The position numbers were made by a program, and so were the translations under genes. Shown in pieces: positions 20,254 to 31,230 of a stretch of 64,000 nucleotides of DNA (positions within the stretch are counted from its first letter, which is position 1; every line of letters begins with the position of its first letter). The notes below the pieces were generated by a model that worked only from the letters and a program-made list of their open reading frames with translations, was not told where the DNA came from and did not search any database. The stretch is from NCBI GenBank assembly GCA_007376485.1, contig VMGJ01000001.1, forward strand, positions 41,788 through 105,787, written 5' to 3'. The DNA comes from Parcubacteria group bacterium Licking1014_17. GTDB lineage: Bacteria; Patescibacteriota; Minisyncoccia; 2-02-FULL-40-12; IGHO2-01-FULL-4-A.

Positions 20254-22860
20254 ATGAAAAATGCCAATTTGGCAAGAATCACTGCGGGGAAGCAGTTTTT
20301 CGGGTTAGGGAAAAAACTCGGGCTGTTTTTGTTTGTAATTTTTTCCGTTTGGATTTTATTTTTTGTTGTCGGGAAAAATGTAGCCGCGGATATTGCTTAT
20401 AGCTGCACCACCAAAGCTTCTGGCAATTGGGACGACCCCAATATCTGGAGCGGTTGTAATCCGACTTCTGGTTATCCGCAAACGAACGACACGGTTACGA
20501 TTGACGGCAATAACCAGGTGACATTAAATGTTCCCTCAGCTACCATCGCCGGACTTTCTTTCAGGGATACGGGATCCTTGGTTCATAAAAACGGAAACTC
20601 GCTGGCAATTAGCGGCTCGGTCGCGCTAAGCCAGCCCATAAGCGGAAATGACGTGTTTAATCAATGGCAGATAAATGATGGTTCGGCGATTGCCGTCGGG
20701 CAGATTTCTTTGGGCGGAATCGGTGCCGGCAAACTTGGCAGTAAGATTATCATTACTTCCGGAACCTTGACTGCCAAGAGCGGCATCGCTTTCCTGTGTA
20801 ACGGGCTAAATTACGAAAATTGCGTTCTTGATATGTCCGGCGGCGCGGGACGCGTTAACGTGAAAGGTCCCTTAGGTGGAATTGAAAATGCGACATTAGT
20901 GGCTGGATCAGAAAGCACAATCAGTTTCATTGATGATTCAGCAGACATGGACATTTATATGTCATGGGGCAGCGGCAGTTTTAATAATATTGAGATTAAC
21001 AGCTCCGATAAAAACGTTTATTTGGGCGAGGACATAACGCCTTTGAATGTCTTAGGAAATTTAACGGTATCAAGCGGGGTGTTTAAGCAAAACGGATATA
21101 ATGTCGAGGGCAATAATGGCAAAACACTTGAGGTAAAGAACGCCGGAACCTACGTTATAGAAGGCAATGCAACATTTCCCCCGGGTTTTGGCGCTTATTC
21201 TTTCGATGAAACCAGCACCGTGGTGTACGCGCAGAATGTAAATACGGCCATTTCGGCTCAAAACTACGGCAATGTTACGATAGAACCGGATCAGCCGGCT
21301 GATAGCGGAAGCATTGTTTTCACAATTGACCAGGGCAAGATTGTTATGGCCGGTGGCTTAGCGATAGAAACAGGAATCGCAGCCAAACCGATCACGGTTG
21401 ATGCGAATAAGAACGAAGTTCTTCTGGATATCGGAATCGGAGGCGTAATGATAGCGCAAAATGCCGAATTAATAGCCAATGGCAAAAATTTTCTCGAAAA
21501 CGACGGACCGTGGATAAACGAAGGAACATTCACTCACAACAACAACGCGGTTTATTTCGGCGGCGACAAATCAGATGCATATAAATTCATTCCGGGCAAA
21601 AGTTCGTTTTACAATCTTTTTATTGTCGGCAAGAGCATTTGGGACCTGAATAGCAACGATTTAAATGTGGAGAATTTGTTGAAGGTGGACAATGGCATAC
21701 TTTCCGGCACCGGAAACGTTGAAGTTAATGGCAATGTTGATTGCGCTTTTTCCTGCGCCGGTTCAATAAACATGACCGGCGGCAATTTTACGGTTAGGGC
21801 GCCGAAGGATGTTAATTTCGGCACCATTGGCGGTTCCGCTGACTGGCTGTTTAATAATCTCACTTTTAATAATTCTGATTCATCCGAACATACAGTAACC
21901 GCAAGCGCCGGCGGAACAGGAGAAATCAAAATCAGCGGCGTATTGACCGTTGGCGACGCCGATGATATAGCTAAAACTGTTTTTGACGCGAGTAACCGGA
22001 CTTGGGAATTAAGCGGAGGAAAAACGCCGTTTGATATTGTTGCCGGTTCTTTCAAGTCAAACACCTCAACATTCAAATACACCGCGGCAGAAGATGCCAC
22101 CATAACGGCTGAAAGCTATTATAATCTTCAGATTATGCCGGGAGAAGAAAGCACTCATACGATTGCCGAGGGCGCGCTGGCGGTGAGCAGCAATCTTGAT
22201 ATTGGAGACAAGGGAGCCGGCACGGTGACGGCGGACGCGAATAATCCGACCATAGACATTGACGGCAATTTTTCAATCGCCGAAGATTCCACTTTTATCG
22301 CGCCCGGAAAAACGGTTCTTTCAATCGCCAAGAATTTTTCAAACAAAGGAATATTCACCAACAGCGGTGGGATGGTGAGTTTTGACGGTGACAAAGACAG
22401 CGTAATCAGCGGTGACAAAACGGCTTTTTATAGCTTATCAATTACGACGCCGGGCAAGAAAATGAAATTCAGCGCCGGCCAAACATTTAATATAGGAGGG
22501 GATTTCACCGTTACCGGTTCGGTAAGCGGCAGTATTTATATTTCATCCGATATAGAAGGCTCAAAATGGTTTATTAACAAACAAGGCAAAGATAACATAA
22601 CTTTTGCCGATATTAAAGATTCCGGATGCGACGAGAAAAGCGGGGATATCGCATGCGGAGAAACATCCATAAACAGCAGTAATAATGATTTCTGCTGGAA
22701 GTTCGGTTCCGGTTTAAGAATAACATCCTACCCAAACAACGCATCCAAATCGGTTATTCCGATGGCCAGCCCAGCCGGCAAAGCTTCCTATGCCGGTACC
22801 AGTACTTACACCAACCAACCCTTGCCGTCGTTAAGACCGTTACCGCCAATCCGCAGATAA
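20254..22860 (+). CDS. large S/T/G/N-rich cell-surface protein, paralog of the giant protein's N-terminal module
   Basis: ORF open from 20221; likely start ATG 20254 (MKNANLAR..) then TM 'LFLFVIFSVWILFFVV'; 'YSCTTKASGNWDDPNIWSGC' module and C-terminal 'W[FV]INKQG..DSGCD' module both shared with 22939..31227. Confidence 0.75.
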   Translation: MKNANLARITAGKQFFGLGKKLGLFLFVIFSVWILFFVVGKNVAADIAYSCTTKASGNWDDPNIWSGCNPTSGYPQTNDTVTIDGNNQVTLNVPSATIAGLSFRDTGSLVHKNGNSLAISGSVALSQPISGNDVFNQWQINDGSAIAVGQISLGGIGAGKLGSKIIITSGTLTAKSGIAFLCNGLNYENCVLDMSGGAGRVNVKGPLGGIENATLVAGSESTISFIDDSADMDIYMSWGSGSFNNIEINSSDKNVYLGEDITPLNVLGNLTVSSGVFKQNGYNVEGNNGKTLEVKNAGTYVIEGNATFPPGFGAYSFDETSTVVYAQNVNTAISAQNYGNVTIEPDQPADSGSIVFTIDQGKIVMAGGLAIETGIAAKPITVDANKNEVLLDIGIGGVMIAQNAELIANGKNFLENDGPWINEGTFTHNNNAVYFGGDKSDAYKFIPGKSSFYNLFIVGKSIWDLNSNDLNVENLLKVDNGILSGTGNVEVNGNVDCAFSCAGSINMTGGNFTVRAPKDVNFGTIGGSADWLFNNLTFNNSDSSEHTVTASAGGTGEIKISGVLTVGDADDIAKTVFDASNRTWELSGGKTPFDIVAGSFKSNTSTFKYTAAEDATITAESYYNLQIMPGEESTHTIAEGALAVSSNLDIGDKGAGTVTADANNPTIDIDGNFSIAEDSTFIAPGKTVLSIAKNFSNKGIFTNSGGMVSFDGDKDSVISGDKTAFYSLSITTPGKKMKFSAGQTFNIGGDFTVTGSVSGSIYISSDIEGSKWFINKQGKDNITFADIKDSGCDEKSGDIACGETSINSSNNDFCWKFGSGLRITSYPNNASKSVIPMASPAGKASYAGTSTYTNQPLPSLRPLPPIRR

Positions 22861-22938
22861 CAATTAAATAGATTTCCCCACTTCTCAACAATCCGCGGTT
22901 TAACTTCCCCGCGGTTTTGTTAAAATATACAGGTAACA

Positions 22939-25900
22939 ATGAAAAGGATTGATTTAAAGAAGATCATCCATACTGGTCAGTTTTTTGCCGTGAAAAAGAT
23001 TTTCGCAACAAAAAGAACTCTCAAGCTGATTTTTGCCGCTGCCATAACAGCTACCGTCATATTTATTGTCATTTTCTCCTTTGTTAATGCCGGTCTTTTC
23101 AACTTCTATCCTCAAACCTGCCTTGGCGACTGGGAATACGCCGAAAACGCTTCCGGCAAACCCGACCTTCCTCCCGACGCCACTACCGAGAAATTTGATA
23201 AGAACAATTCCGCCTTCTTTTCCGGCGGTTACCGCAAGATATTCTGTGGCAACTTCAGAAGCAATGATGAATCCGGAGATAAAATCTTCCAGAAAGCAAA
23301 ATTGAGGTTGTCGTGGACACTCGTGCCGGACATCAACTCTGCGGTGCCTGTCATCGACCAATCCGAGTTTCAAAAAAATATACTGGATTATAGCGGGGAC
23401 GAAAAGATTATCGTGGTTCCCGATGAAGAAAAATCCGCTCCCGAAAAACAAGAGAATACGGTTTTACCTTCACCCGATGTAAGTTCATCAGCCGAAGAAA
23501 AAACACTGGAGCCGGTTCCGTCAGAATCACCCAGCCCTCAATCCGAATCGATTCCACCGACCGAGTCACCGCAATCTCCGGCGGAAGAGAATACCGCCCA
23601 AGAAAACGCTGATGTCGGCGAGCCGAGCAGTTTTAATGGAACATCTTTATTTAAAATGGGGCTTCTTGGCGTTTTCAGGACAGCGCTTACAGAGAATATC
23701 GGATCACTTCTGGGGTTAATAATGGAAATTAACAACAACAGCAGTTCCAGCTTGGAGGAAACGCTAACTCCTACAGAGCCCTCGGTTTTCATGCCCGAAA
23801 TAAGTATGGAGACGACTTCTGAAAAAGTTGAAACAAGTTCTACGCCCGCGAGCATTGCCGCCGGCGACGGCACGGCCTCAAAATCGGAATCCCCTCTGGA
23901 AAAAGAAATAATACCGCCAAAATCTTTGGATGATTTTCTTGAAATACTTTACAGCGTTGACGGCAAAAACTGGGAATCCATCGGCAATGTAAATCTTGAC
24001 AGTTTCAATAACGCCGAATTTGAGGTGCCTATTATTTCATGGAACGAACTGGCGAATCTCCAAATCAGAATCGGCGGGACGGGGCTGACGGACAGCGTGA
24101 GCGGAGTGTATTTGGACGGGATGTGGCTGGAAGTCAGTTATAGCGACAGTCAAGACGAGGTTGTTAGCGAGGATATAATGAGGGGATTGCCGAAAGTTCA
24201 GGTCAAAGACTCGGACGTTTTCAAATCAAAGAAAAAAGATTTTCGCTTTAACGAAGACGTGAAGTTTGAAATTAATCTTGGAAAAACGGCTTCCGGGAGC
24301 GTTGATGAAAACACGAAACCGCCAGCAACGCCTGAACCGTCGTCGCTTCTCAAAAATTCTTATAAAAATATTTTGGGCGCCGAGAGCGCCTTAGCCGCCG
24401 GCAGGATTGTTGAAGCCAGAGTATACAGCCCGACCGGCAAGCTGACAAATATAAAACCGTATATCAAGCAAGATACGGGGACTGAAACCGCGCAAATCTT
24501 TTTTTCGCCGCCCGGGCGAGCATACAAATCGGGCAAATACAAACTGGTCGTTGAGATTCTTCAGGATGACCGGGTAGTTGTGGCGGAACACGATTTTACC
24601 TGGGGTGTCCTTGCTTTGAACGCCAATAAGTCCATCTATATACCGGGCGAGTCGGCTTATCTTCAGTTCGCTTCGTTGAGCAATATAGGGCACACTTTGT
24701 GCGACAGCAATCTTGAGCTCATTATCACTCCGCCAAAAGGGCCAGAGTGGGTATTAAGCGTAGAGGACGGCGATATAAAAAGGAGCGACACCTGCGGACC
24801 CAATAATTATACCGACAAACCGGATTACTACGCGTATTACACGCCCGAATACACGGGCGCTTACGGACTCACACTGAAAAATTTGGATAACGGGAATGAA
24901 ATAACCGACTCCATTCAAGCCGACGGTTTGGTTGATATGGATGTGGAACGCGTCGGTGCGACGCGCATTAATCCGTTTTTGGGACAGAACTATTTTACGA
25001 CCATTAATATCAAAGCAGGTCAGCCTTTTGAGGGAGAAATTGTGGATACGCTCCCAAAGGGATTTGTGGTTATGGGCAGTTCCGATTACATTGTCCGCAA
25101 AACACCGACGGGCGACGTAGAAGTAGTATGGAGAAAAATTTTATTGCGTGGGGACACGGCTATCCTGACCTATGAATATGACCCGGCTGATATCTCGCCG
25201 GAGCTGTTTCTTCTGGGTCCGTTAAAATTTATCGCGAAGTCGGATCCGCTATCGTCTTTTTTTCAGGAAGCGCGCCAGTGGCAACTGGCGTCGGATTATT
25301 CCTGCGTCGCAAAAGCGACCGGCGCCTGGAGTGCCAGCGGCACTTGGACAACATGTAATTCAACCACACCCCAACCGACGGATACGGTTACAATCGCCAC
25401 AACATATGTTGTGACATTGGATACTTCGGCTACCATCGCCGGTCTTAGCCTTGCAAACACAGCTCAACTGAATCATCCCGGCACAAATGCCCTAACTGTG
25501 AATGGTTCAGTTGCCCTTACACCGCCGCCGACAGTCAATTTTAATCAATGGAACATTGCGGGAGGTACCGCGACCGTAACCGGCGCGATAACGTGGGGTG
25601 CCGGTGGCAGTTCAAAGGTATCTAAGATTTTAATTACAACCGGAACATTAAATGCCAGTGGCGGATTATCATTCGGCTGCCTTAATTACCCGGCAAGCTG
25701 CCTTATTGATATGTCGGGGGGCGCGGGCACTTTAAATTTAAGCGGCGCCATAACAAGCGTAACCAAAGGGCAACTAACGGCCGGGACCACCAGCACTTTC
25801 GTATACGCTGACCAGAGTGCCGACCAAACAATACAAATGGCTTGGGGCGGCGGCAGTTACAATAATCTTGGAATTAATAACGGCGCTAAGGTGGCAACCG

Positions 25901-28900
25901 TAGCCGAAAATATAACGACATCAAACGTGAGCGGTAGTATAACAGTTACCAGTGGCACTTTCAACGCCAGTAATGTTACGATTGCGGGCAACAGCGGCAA
26001 AACATTTGAGGTTGATAACGGAGCCACCTTCACGATGAGCGGCAATACAACTTTTCCGACCGGCTTTTCCACGTTTACTTTTCAGAGCACGAGCACCACA
26101 AAATACGGACAGAGTGTGGATTCGGATATTTCGGCGCAGAGCTATGGTTATCTGATAGTCAGTCCTGTTGCCGACCCCTCCAGCCACAGCGCTGATTTTT
26201 ATCTTGCTTCGGGAACCATTTCCACCGCCAGTGCTTTTATTGTCGCTTTGGGTTCCGCTGCCACTTCAGTTTTTGTTAATGCCGACACGAACGACCCGAC
26301 TCTTGATATAAACAGTTATTTGTCCATAGGCGCGAGCACGACTTTTCAGGCTTCAAATTCCGGAACTTTCACCATCAACGGCAGTTTGTTTAACGCCGGC
26401 ACGTTTACCCACAATAGCGGCACCGTCACTTTTGACAGCACCGCGAGCGGCAGGGGGATAAATATGAACGGCAGTTCACTATATAACTTGACGATTAACG
26501 GTTCCGGCGGCGAATGGTCGTCGCTCACAAATATGCTGACAGTAGCCAATGATTTAATCTTGACCGCCGGAACTTTAAACAATGCTTCCGGCAGTGCGGA
26601 CATTGAAGTCAACGGAAACGTTTCCTGTAACGGCACCTGCGGCACAGTCAGTTTGACAGCCGGAAAGTTTACCCAGAAAGTTGCCGCCGACAAAAATTTC
26701 GGAACGTCAGTGGCTGTTGCCACTGCCTGGACTTTCAATGCCTTGCATTTCACCAACAGCAGCGGCACCGACAGGATAATCACAACCAGTACCACCGGCA
26801 CCGGAACCATCACCGTAACAGCTTCCATGTCCATCGGCGTTTTCAGCGCCACCAACAAAGCCACGCTTGACGCCGACCACAGAACCTGGATTTTAAGCGG
26901 AAGTAATGAAGCCGATGCACACATTCCTCTTTCCATTGACGCCACCAAAGGAGCTCTAACCGCTCACGCATCGATTTTCCGCTACACCGGCAGTTCCACT
27001 ACCACAATCGAGGCGGCAACCTACTACAATCTTGAAGTAAAACCCGGTGGTGCCGTGACCCATACTTTCAAAGCGGGGACGACGACGGCTTACACTTTAA
27101 CCGCGGGAGACGGATCCAATAGCGGAACAATAACCACCAATACCAATAGCACGACCCTTGATATTGGTTTTGGAGGAGTTTCTATAGCTGCCTATGGCAC
27201 TCTCGTCGCCCATGCCAGCAATGCTTTTACTGTTGAAGGTTCATGGACAAACGCCGGCACTTTTACTCATAGTAGCGGCACGGTAACTTTTGACGGAACG
27301 ACGGTAGCTTCAATTCCAGTAACAACCGGCGGCAGTTCTTTCAATAATTTAATGATAGCGGGAGCGGGTAACTTCGCATTGCAGGATTCAACGACAATCG
27401 CCGGCGATTTGAAAGTAAACAGCGGCACCTTTTCTGGTGGCGTTGTCACGACTGTTAACGGCGACGTAACTTGTGTTACCACCTGCGGCACGATAAACTA
27501 TGCCAGCGGTATTTTTATACAAAACGTTGCCGGAAACAAAGCCTTCGGCACTACCGCCGGTACTGCTACGTGGACATTTAATGTTCTTCACTTTGCCGCC
27601 AGTGACGGTACTGACAGGGTGATTACCGCCAGTTCGGGTGGCACCGGAACCATCACCGTCACTGCCTCCATGTCCATCGGCGTATTCAGCGCCACTAACA
27701 AAGCTACGCTTGATGCCGGCAACAGAACATGGATTTTAAGCGGAAGCGACTCAAACGGTGATTCTCCCCTATCTATAGACGCCACTAAGGGCGCCTTAAC
27801 CGCTAACACGTCAACTTTCCGTTATACCGGCAGTTCAGCCACTACGATTGAGGCGGCTACTTATTACAATCTTGAAGTAAAACCCGGCGGCGCCGTGACC
27901 CATACTTTCAAGGCGGGGACAACAGGAGCAAATCATTTACTTACTATTGGCGACGGAGCTAATAGCGGAGTCGTAACAGCAAATACCAACAGTACTATTT
28001 TGGATGTAGGCGACGGCACAAGCGGCAGCGGCGTTTCAATCGCCGCCAGCGCCACGCTGACGGCCAACGCCAGCAACGGTTTCACGGTTTACGGCTCATG
28101 GACAAACGCCGGCACGTTTACCCACAGCAACGGCACGGTTACCTTTGACGGGGATGATGACTTAATTAGCTTTACCCTTACTCCGGCAAGCAGTCCATTC
28201 TACAATCTGACCGTAAATAATACGGGAGGCGCAATATGGACATTACAAAGCGGTCAGACTCTTATTGTAGCTAACGATTTATATATTAACGGCGGGACAC
28301 TGAACGACGATAGCGCTACTGCCATGGTTTTTAACGGAAACGTAACCTGTTCGGTGACCTGCGGTATTATCAACACCTCTGCCAATGTTATCCAAAACGT
28401 TGCCGCCAATAAAGTCTTCGGCACTACTGCCGGCACCGCCGCCTGGACTTTCAAAGCCCTTCATTTTGCCAACAGCAATGGAACCGACAGATTAATCACT
28501 ACCAGTTCGGGTGGCTCCGGAACCATCACCGTCACTGCCTCCATGTCCATTGGCGTTTTTAGCGCCACCAATAAAGCTACGCTTGATGCCGGCAATAGAA
28601 CTTGGATTTTAAGCGGGAGCGACTCAAACAGTGATCCCCCCTTAACTATTGACGCCTCCAAAGGGGTTTTGACTGCCAATACATCTACATTCAGATTTAC
28701 CGGTAGTTCCGCCACCACAATCGAACAAGCGACTTATTACAACCTTGAAGTAAAACCCGGCGGCGCCGTGACTCATACTTTCAAAGCGGGAACAACAGCG
28801 GCTTACGGGCTAACCGCTGGAGATGGAGTCAATAGCGGAGTCATAACGGCCAACACCAACAGCACAATCCTTGATATAGGTTTTGGGGGAGTTTCCATAG

Positions 28901-31227
28901 CCGCCAACAACACCCTTATTGCCCATGCCAGCAATGCTTTTACCTGCGAAGGTTCCTGGACAAACGCCGGCACATTCACCCATAGCAACGGCACGGTAAC
29001 TTTTGACGGAACTGGTTCCCACACAATTAATAACGGGGATAAAACCATTAATTCTTTTTACGGTCTAATAATTAATAAGGCGGGTGGAGTTTGGGATGTT
29101 ACGAGCAATGATATTGTAGTTCAATACTCACTTACAATAACAGCGGGAACTCTTGATTTAAACGGGCAGGGGTTATCTGCTAGTCTGACTTTGGTCAATG
29201 ATGACACTCTGCGTCTTCAAGGCGGTGAAACGATAACTGGATTAACTATGGACACAAATTCGGGGACAGTTGAATATGATGGCACTACCGGATACACCGG
29301 GCTTAAGGCAGGAAATGAATATTTTAATCTGAAATTTAGCGGTTCCGGAGGTTCTTGGACGTTAAATCATGACTTAGTCGTAAATGCCACTTTTGCTATT
29401 ACAAACGGAACAGTGGATGCGTCCGGTTCAAATTATGATATCAGCGTCGGCAAAAGCTGGAATAATGCCGGAACGTTCACCGCCCAGCAGGGTGCGGTCA
29501 CTTTTGACGGCAATTTTAATGTGGCGACATGGGGTATCACAACTGGCAGTAGTCCTTTTTATGATTTGGTAATAATCGGACCCGACCCCTATATGATCAG
29601 TAGCGACATTACTGTCCAAAACGATTTGGACGTGAACGGAAGCACCTTAAACGGCTTTGGTTCAAATGTCATGACCGTCAATGGAAATGTTACCTGCGTC
29701 ACTACTTGTGGCACTATTTCTGGATTAAATCTTTTCCAGACTGTCAGCGCAAACAAAGTCATTGGGCCCGTTACCGGCACGAACGACTGGTCGTTTGGTT
29801 TTCTTCATCTGTCCACTTCCGGAGGTTCGGACAGAACCATTACCGTGAACAGCGGAGGTAGCGGGGCATTTGCCGTGGCTTCCTCCATGTCCATCGGTGT
29901 TTACAGCGCTTCCGCGAAGACCATTCTTGACGCGGACAATAAGACATTTATATTGAACGGCAGCGACGAAGCCGATGGAGATGTTCCGTTCACCGTCGGC
30001 GCCAACGGCACTTTTACGCAAAATACTTCCACTTTCAGATTCGCCGGCACTTCGGCGACCACCGTTGCTGCGGGAACTTATTATAATTTGGAAATAAAAC
30101 CGGGCGGAACAGGCACTCACACCATAGCAAGCGGCGCTTTGAAAACGAATAATAATTTTGTAATTGGCGACGGGACGCATACCGGCTCGGTAAACGCTAC
30201 GACAAACGACCCCAATATCAACGTGGACGGAAGCTTTTCAATCGCGGCGAGTTCCGAGTTTGTTGCTTCTGACGCCGGAACATTTTCAATAGCCAAAAAC
30301 TTTTCGAATTCCGGCGCATTTACCCATAGCAATGGCACGGTAACTTTTGACTCACTTAACAACAGCACCGTCAGCGGCTCTAATACAATCTTTTATGGTT
30401 TATCGATGGCGACTGACAACAAAAAAATGAGGTTCACTGCCGGGCAGACGTTTGAAACTGACGGATTGATGACGCTTGGCGGTTCCGATGCCGACAATCA
30501 GGTTCAAATCGTTTCTACCGCCTCTGATTCGCAATGGTTTATAAATCACCAAGGGACCGAAAGCGTGAACTATACGTACGTCCATGATTCGGGTTGCGAC
30601 GCTTCCTCAACGGACATAACAGTTACTACGGGTACCGACGGCGGCAACAACGGGCTATGCTGGGTGTTCGATTATAATATAACGGTTGCGCTCTGTTCGG
30701 ATCCCGACATTGATTTTGGAACTTTGGCGCCGGGCAGCGGCAGGGTTACCAGAACCTCGTGTATTTCGATTAACACCAACAATCCCAGCGGTTATTCGAT
30801 CAGCGCCGGAAGGGACCGGGCAAGTCCGGCAACCACGCTTGCCTCCGAGGGGGATACAAGCATTAATATTTCCGATACGCTGAACGGCATTGATGTTTTT
30901 GACGGATTATCCAGTTGCACCGCCAGCCCCAATATAACTTCGCCGTGGGTTGAAGGTGCGTCAACAGGCCTCGGCTATGTTCTTTATAGAGCCGATGTCG
31001 GTAAAAGCACAACATGCTGGGGCACGGGGACAAACGAAACCGATTCCGCGAACCGATATGCTGCCTTGCCGGCTTCAAATGGACCGGCGGATGTATTTTT
31101 GAATGTGCCCGTAAATTCTCCGAATCCTTCCTATTCTTCGGTCGGCTGGAGTTTGGATATCCCCACAAATCAAATTCCCACTTCTTACGGCGGTATGGTG
31201 ATTTATTCAATTACCGCTAATCCTTAA
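22939..31227 (+). CDS. giant (2762 aa) repetitive cell-surface protein
   Basis: N-terminal TM, S/P/E-rich linker, ~285-aa tandem repeats ('TFTHSNGTVTFDG..TGTITVTASMSIGVFSATNKATLDAGNRTWILSGS..'), C-terminal ~230-aa domain shared with 33669..34433. Confidence 0.85.
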   Translation: MKRIDLKKIIHTGQFFAVKKIFATKRTLKLIFAAAITATVIFIVIFSFVNAGLFNFYPQTCLGDWEYAENASGKPDLPPDATTEKFDKNNSAFFSGGYRKIFCGNFRSNDESGDKIFQKAKLRLSWTLVPDINSAVPVIDQSEFQKNILDYSGDEKIIVVPDEEKSAPEKQENTVLPSPDVSSSAEEKTLEPVPSESPSPQSESIPPTESPQSPAEENTAQENADVGEPSSFNGTSLFKMGLLGVFRTALTENIGSLLGLIMEINNNSSSSLEETLTPTEPSVFMPEISMETTSEKVETSSTPASIAAGDGTASKSESPLEKEIIPPKSLDDFLEILYSVDGKNWESIGNVNLDSFNNAEFEVPIISWNELANLQIRIGGTGLTDSVSGVYLDGMWLEVSYSDSQDEVVSEDIMRGLPKVQVKDSDVFKSKKKDFRFNEDVKFEINLGKTASGSVDENTKPPATPEPSSLLKNSYKNILGAESALAAGRIVEARVYSPTGKLTNIKPYIKQDTGTETAQIFFSPPGRAYKSGKYKLVVEILQDDRVVVAEHDFTWGVLALNANKSIYIPGESAYLQFASLSNIGHTLCDSNLELIITPPKGPEWVLSVEDGDIKRSDTCGPNNYTDKPDYYAYYTPEYTGAYGLTLKNLDNGNEITDSIQADGLVDMDVERVGATRINPFLGQNYFTTINIKAGQPFEGEIVDTLPKGFVVMGSSDYIVRKTPTGDVEVVWRKILLRGDTAILTYEYDPADISPELFLLGPLKFIAKSDPLSSFFQEARQWQLASDYSCVAKATGAWSASGTWTTCNSTTPQPTDTVTIATTYVVTLDTSATIAGLSLANTAQLNHPGTNALTVNGSVALTPPPTVNFNQWNIAGGTATVTGAITWGAGGSSKVSKILITTGTLNASGGLSFGCLNYPASCLIDMSGGAGTLNLSGAITSVTKGQLTAGTTSTFVYADQSADQTIQMAWGGGSYNNLGINNGAKVATVAENITTSNVSGSITVTSGTFNASNVTIAGNSGKTFEVDNGATFTMSGNTTFPTGFSTFTFQSTSTTKYGQSVDSDISAQSYGYLIVSPVADPSSHSADFYLASGTISTASAFIVALGSAATSVFVNADTNDPTLDINSYLSIGASTTFQASNSGTFTINGSLFNAGTFTHNSGTVTFDSTASGRGINMNGSSLYNLTINGSGGEWSSLTNMLTVANDLILTAGTLNNASGSADIEVNGNVSCNGTCGTVSLTAGKFTQKVAADKNFGTSVAVATAWTFNALHFTNSSGTDRIITTSTTGTGTITVTASMSIGVFSATNKATLDADHRTWILSGSNEADAHIPLSIDATKGALTAHASIFRYTGSSTTTIEAATYYNLEVKPGGAVTHTFKAGTTTAYTLTAGDGSNSGTITTNTNSTTLDIGFGGVSIAAYGTLVAHASNAFTVEGSWTNAGTFTHSSGTVTFDGTTVASIPVTTGGSSFNNLMIAGAGNFALQDSTTIAGDLKVNSGTFSGGVVTTVNGDVTCVTTCGTINYASGIFIQNVAGNKAFGTTAGTATWTFNVLHFAASDGTDRVITASSGGTGTITVTASMSIGVFSATNKATLDAGNRTWILSGSDSNGDSPLSIDATKGALTANTSTFRYTGSSATTIEAATYYNLEVKPGGAVTHTFKAGTTGANHLLTIGDGANSGVVTANTNSTILDVGDGTSGSGVSIAASATLTANASNGFTVYGSWTNAGTFTHSNGTVTFDGDDDLISFTLTPASSPFYNLTVNNTGGAIWTLQSGQTLIVANDLYINGGTLNDDSATAMVFNGNVTCSVTCGIINTSANVIQNVAANKVFGTTAGTAAWTFKALHFANSNGTDRLITTSSGGSGTITVTASMSIGVFSATNKATLDAGNRTWILSGSDSNSDPPLTIDASKGVLTANTSTFRFTGSSATTIEQATYYNLEVKPGGAVTHTFKAGTTAAYGLTAGDGVNSGVITANTNSTILDIGFGGVSIAANNTLIAHASNAFTCEGSWTNAGTFTHSNGTVTFDGTGSHTINNGDKTINSFYGLIINKAGGVWDVTSNDIVVQYSLTITAGTLDLNGQGLSASLTLVNDDTLRLQGGETITGLTMDTNSGTVEYDGTTGYTGLKAGNEYFNLKFSGSGGSWTLNHDLVVNATFAITNGTVDASGSNYDISVGKSWNNAGTFTAQQGAVTFDGNFNVATWGITTGSSPFYDLVIIGPDPYMISSDITVQNDLDVNGSTLNGFGSNVMTVNGNVTCVTTCGTISGLNLFQTVSANKVIGPVTGTNDWSFGFLHLSTSGGSDRTITVNSGGSGAFAVASSMSIGVYSASAKTILDADNKTFILNGSDEADGDVPFTVGANGTFTQNTSTFRFAGTSATTVAAGTYYNLEIKPGGTGTHTIASGALKTNNNFVIGDGTHTGSVNATTNDPNINVDGSFSIAASSEFVASDAGTFSIAKNFSNSGAFTHSNGTVTFDSLNNSTVSGSNTIFYGLSMATDNKKMRFTAGQTFETDGLMTLGGSDADNQVQIVSTASDSQWFINHQGTESVNYTYVHDSGCDASSTDITVTTGTDGGNNGLCWVFDYNITVALCSDPDIDFGTLAPGSGRVTRTSCISINTNNPSGYSISAGRDRASPATTLASEGDTSINISDTLNGIDVFDGLSSCTASPNITSPWVEGASTGLGYVLYRADVGKSTTCWGTGTNETDSANRYAALPASNGPADVFLNVPVNSPNPSYSSVGWSLDIPTNQIPTSYGGMVIYSITANP
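26395..29010 (+). repeat. tandem ~856-nt (285-aa) intragenic repeats, 3 near-identical units plus degenerate units to ~30.4 kb
   Basis: Unit starts marked by 'GGCAC.TT.AC.CA.A..A.CGGCAC.GT.AC.TTTGAC' at ~26398, 27258, 28110, 28966; long identical stretches e.g. 'GTCACTGCCTCCATGTCCATCGGCGT' recurring. Confidence 0.8.
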
Positions 31228-31230
31228 CTT

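Noticed and set aside
23000-31000. Many antisense ORFs (60-200 aa) inside the giant gene, e.g. 26346..26948, 29725..30180
   Set aside because: They are artefacts of the repeat-rich sequence with its biased codon composition. They repeat with the sense-strand repeats and have no start context.
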